From positions 3,965,421 to 3,997,420 of the forward strand of contig NC_007517.1 of NCBI RefSeq assembly GCF_000012925.1: a stretch of 32,000 nucleotides of DNA. Direction: 5' to 3'. This document shows positions 28,217 to 32,000 of this stretch, in pieces. The number at the start of each line of letters is the position of its first letter. The first letter of the stretch is position 1. Under the pieces are notes generated by a model. It made no database searches, was not told the DNA's origin, and worked only from the letters and a program-made list of their open reading frames with translations. The position numbers and the translations under genes are program-made. The stretch is from Geobacter metallireducens GS-15 (GTDB lineage: Bacteria > Desulfobacterota > Desulfuromonadia > Geobacterales > Geobacteraceae).

Positions 28217-29590
28217 CTACTTCCCGATGCAGAACCGCTGGAAGATAAGCTCAAGAATATCATCGGGGGTCGTTTCGCCGGTAACCTCCCCAACGGCATC
28301 AAGGGCGTCCCTGAGGTCCACGGCCAGAATTTCCAGATCGTTGCCCGCCGCCAGATTGGCGAAGAATACGGCGATTCTTCCCCGAGCCTTTACCAGGGCA
28401 TCCCGGTGCCGTGTCTGCGAGAGGGCCACATACTCCCGGCTGTCAATGGCTCGACCGTGAATGAAGGTTTCGAAAACGGCCTCCCGCAGGTCGTCGATGC
28501 CGGCCCCGGTGGCAGTGGAAATAGCAACGGTGTGCACACCCTCCAGCTCGCCGGGAATACGAAGGGTGACCGGAAGATCGCTCTTGTTCGTGACGACAAT
28601 TACGCGCCGTTCCGCCAGGGCGGCAAGAATCATCCGGTCGTCGTCGTCAAAGGGACGGGAACCGTCGAGGACGAAAAGGATCAGGTCAGCCTGGGGTATC
28701 TTCTCCAGGGTGAGACGGACCCCCTCCTGCTCGACGACATCCTCAGTCTCCCGAATGCCGGCGGTGTCCAGCATCCGGAGCGGCAGGCCCCGGACGTTAA
28801 CCACCTCCTCAATGATGTCCCGGGTGGTGCCGGGGACCGACGTGACGATGGCGCGCTTCTCCTGGAGGAGCGTATTAAGGAGACTCGACTTCCCCACGTT
28901 GGGCTTCCCGGCAATGAGGACCGACACCCCGTCCCGGAGCACCCTCCCCTCGTCGAAACCCTCCAGGAGTTCTTCAATTCGGCCCGAGGCCTCCCGGGCC
29001 TTTGCCTCGATCTCCACCCGGGAGGCGGGATCCACCTCGTCATCGGGGAAATCGATGAACGCCTCAACAAGGGCAAGACTATGTCGCAGGCAACCCTGCA
29101 CGGCCTTGAGCCGCTCGGAGAGGCGCCCCTCCCGCTGGTGCTGGGCCAGATTGAGAGCCGCCTCGGTCTTGGAGCGGATCACGTCGATGACCGCCTCGGC
29201 CTGAACGAGATCAATGCGGCCGTTCAGGAACGCCCGGCGGGTAAACTCCCCCGGCTCGGCCGGACGGGCGCCGCACTGGAGCACCGCGTCCAGGACCCGG
29301 CGGGTGACCAGGTATCCCCCGTGGCACTGGATCTCAAGGACATCCTCCCGGGTGAAGGAACGGGGTGCCCGCATCAGCACCGCCATAACCTCGTCAACGG
29401 TGTCCCGCGACTCGGGATCCACTACGGTGCCATAATAAAAACGGTGACTCACGAAGTCACCGTTCTCGTTAACCCGCCGGACGATCCGCCGGGCAATGGC
29501 GGGGACATCGGGACCGCTCACGCGGATGATGCCGATCCCCCCCTCCCCCACCGGCGTGCCGATGGCCGCTATGGTATCTTCCAGGTACAT
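28217..29590 (-). CDS. mnmE: tRNA modification GTPase MnmE (TrmE)
   Basis: 457 aa. The N-terminus is DTIAAIGTPVGEGGIGIIRVSG. The G-domain has GKPNVGKSSLLN, DTAGIR and TNKSD. The C-terminus ends in CIGK. Confidence 0.97.
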   Translation of the reverse strand: MYLEDTIAAIGTPVGEGGIGIIRVSGPDVPAIARRIVRRVNENGDFVSHRFYYGTVVDPESRDTVDEVMAVLMRAPRSFTREDVLEIQCHGGYLVTRRVLDAVLQCGARPAEPGEFTRRAFLNGRIDLVQAEAVIDVIRSKTEAALNLAQHQREGRLSERLKAVQGCLRHSLALVEAFIDFPDDEVDPASRVEIEAKAREASGRIEELLEGFDEGRVLRDGVSVLIAGKPNVGKSSLLNTLLQEKRAIVTSVPGTTRDIIEEVVNVRGLPLRMLDTAGIRETEDVVEQEGVRLTLEKIPQADLILFVLDGSRPFDDDDRMILAALAERRVIVVTNKSDLPVTLRIPGELEGVHTVAISTATGAGIDDLREAVFETFIHGRAIDSREYVALSQTRHRDALVKARGRIAVFFANLAAGNDLEILAVDLRDALDAVGEVTGETTPDDILELIFQRFCIGK

Positions 29591-29597
29591 CGTGTCC

Positions 29598-31208
29598 CTA
29601 CTTGGCCTCGGCCGCGGCGATGCTCTTGTTGATGTAGGATTGCTGGATAATGGTCAGAACGTTGTTCACGAGCCAGTAGAGGACGAGTCCCGACGGGAAG
29701 TTCAGGAACATGAAGGTGAAGACCACCGGCAGGGCCATCATCATCTTCTGCTGCATGGGGTCCATTTGGGACGGCGTCATCTTCTGCTGGATGACCATGG
29801 TGATCCCCATGATGATGGGAGTCACATAATAAGGATCCTTGCCGGCGAGATCCTGGATCCAAAGCATGAACGGCGCGTGGCGCAGTTCAATGGAGAACAT
29901 GAGGGCCTTGTAGAGGGCGAAGAAGACCGGGATCTGGACGAGCATCGGGAGGCAACCACCCACGGGGTTCACCTTGTGGGTCTGGTAGAGTTCCATGATC
30001 GCCTTGTTCATGGCATCGCGGTCATTCTTGTACTTTTCCCGCACCTCCTGCATCTTCGGCTGAAGCTTCTGCATCTGCTTCATGGACTTGTAGCTGGAGT
30101 GGGTCAGGGGATAGAAGATGATCTTCAGGATCACCGTGATAATGATAATGGCGATGCCATAGTTGTGGACGTACTTGTAGAAGAACTTGAGGCTGTGGAG
30201 AAGCGGTTTGGCCAGCATTGCGAACCAGCCCAGGTCGATGGCCCGCTCCAGGCTGTTCCCCTGTGCCTTGAGGATATCCAGATCCTTGGGACCGAAGTAG
30301 AGGCGATAGGCGACGGATTTCGACTCGCCGGGATTCAGAGAAGTTTCCGGTGCGGTGATGGTGTCCTCAAGCATCCCCCGGGGGGTGCTGCGGACAGCGG
30401 CCGTGGCGATGCTCCCCCCCTGCCCCACGACGGCCGAGAGGAAATACTTGTCGGCAAAACCGCTCCAGAGAGGTGCACTGTAGCTCTTCCCCTGCCCGAC
30501 CAGGTCCTTGACCTTCTCCTCCGTAAGCTTGTCCTGGGCAAAGGTCACCGGTCCGAACGTCTCAAGCCGGCTCTCCTTGACCCGGGGAACCGCCGGATAG
30601 GTCATGACCGTCTGGAAGGCGGCGCCGACCCGGGCCGTGCCGGAATTGGCAGTCTGGTAGACCATGTCGATGCCGTAGTTGCCACCCTGGAAAGTGTAAA
30701 TCTTGCGGACCGTGACGCCGGCAGGCGATATCCAGGTGAAGGCAAGTTCCTTCTTCTCCTCCCCTGCCTCCACGGTCAGGGAGTCGGCGCTCGACACAAA
30801 GAGGGCAGACGGATCGAGACCAATGCCGGCGGCACGGGTGGAGAGGGTATAAGCGGACGGGTCGCGCTCGTCCACCAAGGTGACATGTTTGCCGGTGAGG
30901 TCAGCGGTTTCGCGGTACTTTTTCAGGACAAGGCGGGTCAGACTACCCCCTTGAGTCGAAAAGACCGCCGTATAGTCCGGCGTCTCGACGGCTATCTCCT
31001 TCTGCTGGGCCTTAACCGCTGCAGCGGGCACAGGTGAAGGGGCCGGAACTGCCGCTACAGAAGCCTGGGGTGCTCCCGGCTGGGAACCGGTCACCGCCTG
31101 CTGGGCGGACGGCGCCGGAGCCTCCTTCTTCGGCGGGGGGAACAGGGCCGAGTACCCGTAGAAGAATACAATAGAGAGGATAACTGCAATCAAAGCCCTT
31201 TTTTCCAT
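29598..31208 (-). CDS. yidC: Membrane protein insertase YidC
   Basis: 536 aa from ATG 31208, preceded by an AGGAG SD. It has an N-terminal TM, a large periplasmic domain and the conserved C-terminal core (..YKSMKQMQKLQPKMQEVREKYKND...GCLPMLVQIPVFFALY..). Confidence 0.96.
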   Translation of the reverse strand: MEKRALIAVILSIVFFYGYSALFPPPKKEAPAPSAQQAVTGSQPGAPQASVAAVPAPSPVPAAAVKAQQKEIAVETPDYTAVFSTQGGSLTRLVLKKYRETADLTGKHVTLVDERDPSAYTLSTRAAGIGLDPSALFVSSADSLTVEAGEEKKELAFTWISPAGVTVRKIYTFQGGNYGIDMVYQTANSGTARVGAAFQTVMTYPAVPRVKESRLETFGPVTFAQDKLTEEKVKDLVGQGKSYSAPLWSGFADKYFLSAVVGQGGSIATAAVRSTPRGMLEDTITAPETSLNPGESKSVAYRLYFGPKDLDILKAQGNSLERAIDLGWFAMLAKPLLHSLKFFYKYVHNYGIAIIIITVILKIIFYPLTHSSYKSMKQMQKLQPKMQEVREKYKNDRDAMNKAIMELYQTHKVNPVGGCLPMLVQIPVFFALYKALMFSIELRHAPFMLWIQDLAGKDPYYVTPIIMGITMVIQQKMTPSQMDPMQQKMMMALPVVFTFMFLNFPSGLVLYWLVNNVLTIIQQSYINKSIAAAEAK

Positions 31209-31227
31209 GTCAGCTCCTGATGGATGG

Positions 31228-31437
31228 TTACTTGACGGGGTCGTAGCCACCGGGGTGGTACGGATGACATTTCATGATCCGGACGGCACTGTACCACAGC
31301 CCTTTGAGAAGGCCGTGCCGCATGAGCGATTCCTTGGCATAGGTTGAACAGGAGGGATAGAAGCGGCAGGTGGGCCCGGTGAGGGGCGAGAGGTAGCGCT
31401 GGTAGATGCCGATGATCTTGATGAGAATCTTCAGCAT
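31228..31437 (-). CDS. yidD: Membrane protein insertion efficiency factor YidD
   Basis: 69 aa. [27 protein letters not shown]...[12 protein letters not shown] is the YidD signature. Its ATG overlaps the rnpA stop (ATGCTGA). Confidence 0.93.
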   Translation of the reverse strand: MLKILIKIIGIYQRYLSPLTGPTCRFYPSCSTYAKESLMRHGLLKGLWYSAVRIMKCHPYHPGGYDPVK

Positions 31438-31781
31438 GATCGTGTGAGGCCCGCAAGGCGCTCCACCACCCGGTCCAGTTCCTTGCAGACTCCCTGGTAG
31501 TCGAGCTTGTCAGCTCCCCTTCGGGCAATTATGTTGATGTCGAGGGGAGGAAAGAGCGCCTTGTGCAGTCGATAGTACTCCCGCACAAGGCGCTTGATCC
31601 GGTTTCTGGTTACCGCATTACCTACCTTGCGGCTTACGGTGATGCCAATACGACAGGCTGGATCAGGCCCCGCTGCCCAAAGAACTAGGAAACAGGGGGT
31701 GCTGATCTTGCGCGAGCTCTCCGAGAGCCTGAGAAAATCGACTCTTTTGAGTAGGCGCTCGTCTTTGGTGAACGTGAACAG
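31431..31781 (-). CDS. rnpA: RNase P protein component RnpA, apparently initiated at CTG
   Basis: My translation reads (L/M)[71 protein letters not shown]..., with the RNR motif present. It is not in the ORF track because no ATG/GTG/TTG exists between the upstream in-frame stop and the conserved N-terminus. The CTG at 31781..31779 lies 6 nt after the SD GAGGGGGA. Confidence 0.85.
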   Translation of the reverse strand: MFTFTKDERLLKRVDFLRLSESSRKISTPCFLVLWAAGPDPACRIGITVSRKVGNAVTRNRIKRLVREYYRLHKALFPPLDINIIARRGADKLDYQGVCKELDRVVERLAGLTRSC

Positions 31782-31830
31782 AGGAATTCCCCCTCGGTCC
31801 GCCTCCAGGCGTCGGAAGGCAACCGGAGGA

Positions 31831-31980
31831 TTACTTGCCGGCGATGGTCACAGCAAGACGCTTACGCCCCCTGGCACGACGACGCTTGATGACGAGCCGG
31901 CCGTTCTTGGTGGACATACGGACACGGAAGCCGTGGGTGCGCTTCCGGGAAGTGTTGCTGGGCTGAAAGGTCCTTTTCAT
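31831..31980 (-). CDS. rpmH: 50S ribosomal protein L34
   Basis: My translation reads [49 protein letters not shown] (49 aa). A GGGAGA SD is present. The ORF is too short for the track. Confidence 0.97.
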   Translation of the reverse strand: MKRTFQPSNTSRKRTHGFRVRMSTKNGRLVIKRRRARGRKRLAVTIAGK

Positions 31981-32000
31981 ATGCTATCTCCCTGAATCAG

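Overview
This is a visibly GC-rich, GC3-biased, densely coding chromosomal segment made almost entirely of conserved housekeeping genes. Protein sequences and synteny look like a Geobacter-type (Desulfuromonadales) chromosome close to its replication origin; this is inference only, as no search was run. Gene order, left to right: (1) the dnaK<-grpE<-hrcA<-hemW heat-shock operon with a perfect CIRCE operator; (2) a C-N hydrolase; (3) a complete tolQ-tolR-tolA-tolB-pal-cpoB cluster; (4) tatA, nadA and a gamma-carbonic-anhydrase-like protein; (5) an exported pentapeptide-repeat protein; (6) mfd, two PpiC/SurA-type PPIases, a cbpA-like J-protein and hemY; (7) six small accessory-looking genes: a Lys/Glu-rich periplasmic protein, def, a tandem-ACT protein, a DUF360 membrane protein, ybgC and a Gly-zipper lipoprotein; (8) the classical origin-flanking block rsmG<-mnmG<-mnmE<-yidC<-yidD<-rnpA<-rpmH. 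I found no rRNA, tRNA, CRISPR array, transposase/integrase, prophage or recognisable defence genes. I do not see a convincing novel multi-gene system here. The most checkable leads are: (i) a perfect parS site in the mnmE-mnmG spacer, although parAB do not follow rsmG; (ii) a tandem heptamer GGGGACC placed at three gene 3' ends, two copies forming a 15-bp inverted repeat around a convergent intergenic region; (iii) rnpA has no ATG/GTG/TTG start available, so it probably starts at CTG; (iv) several uncharacterised exported proteins. The very long antisense ORFs in the track are GC-bias shadows of the real genes. All promoter and terminator calls are by-eye predictions.
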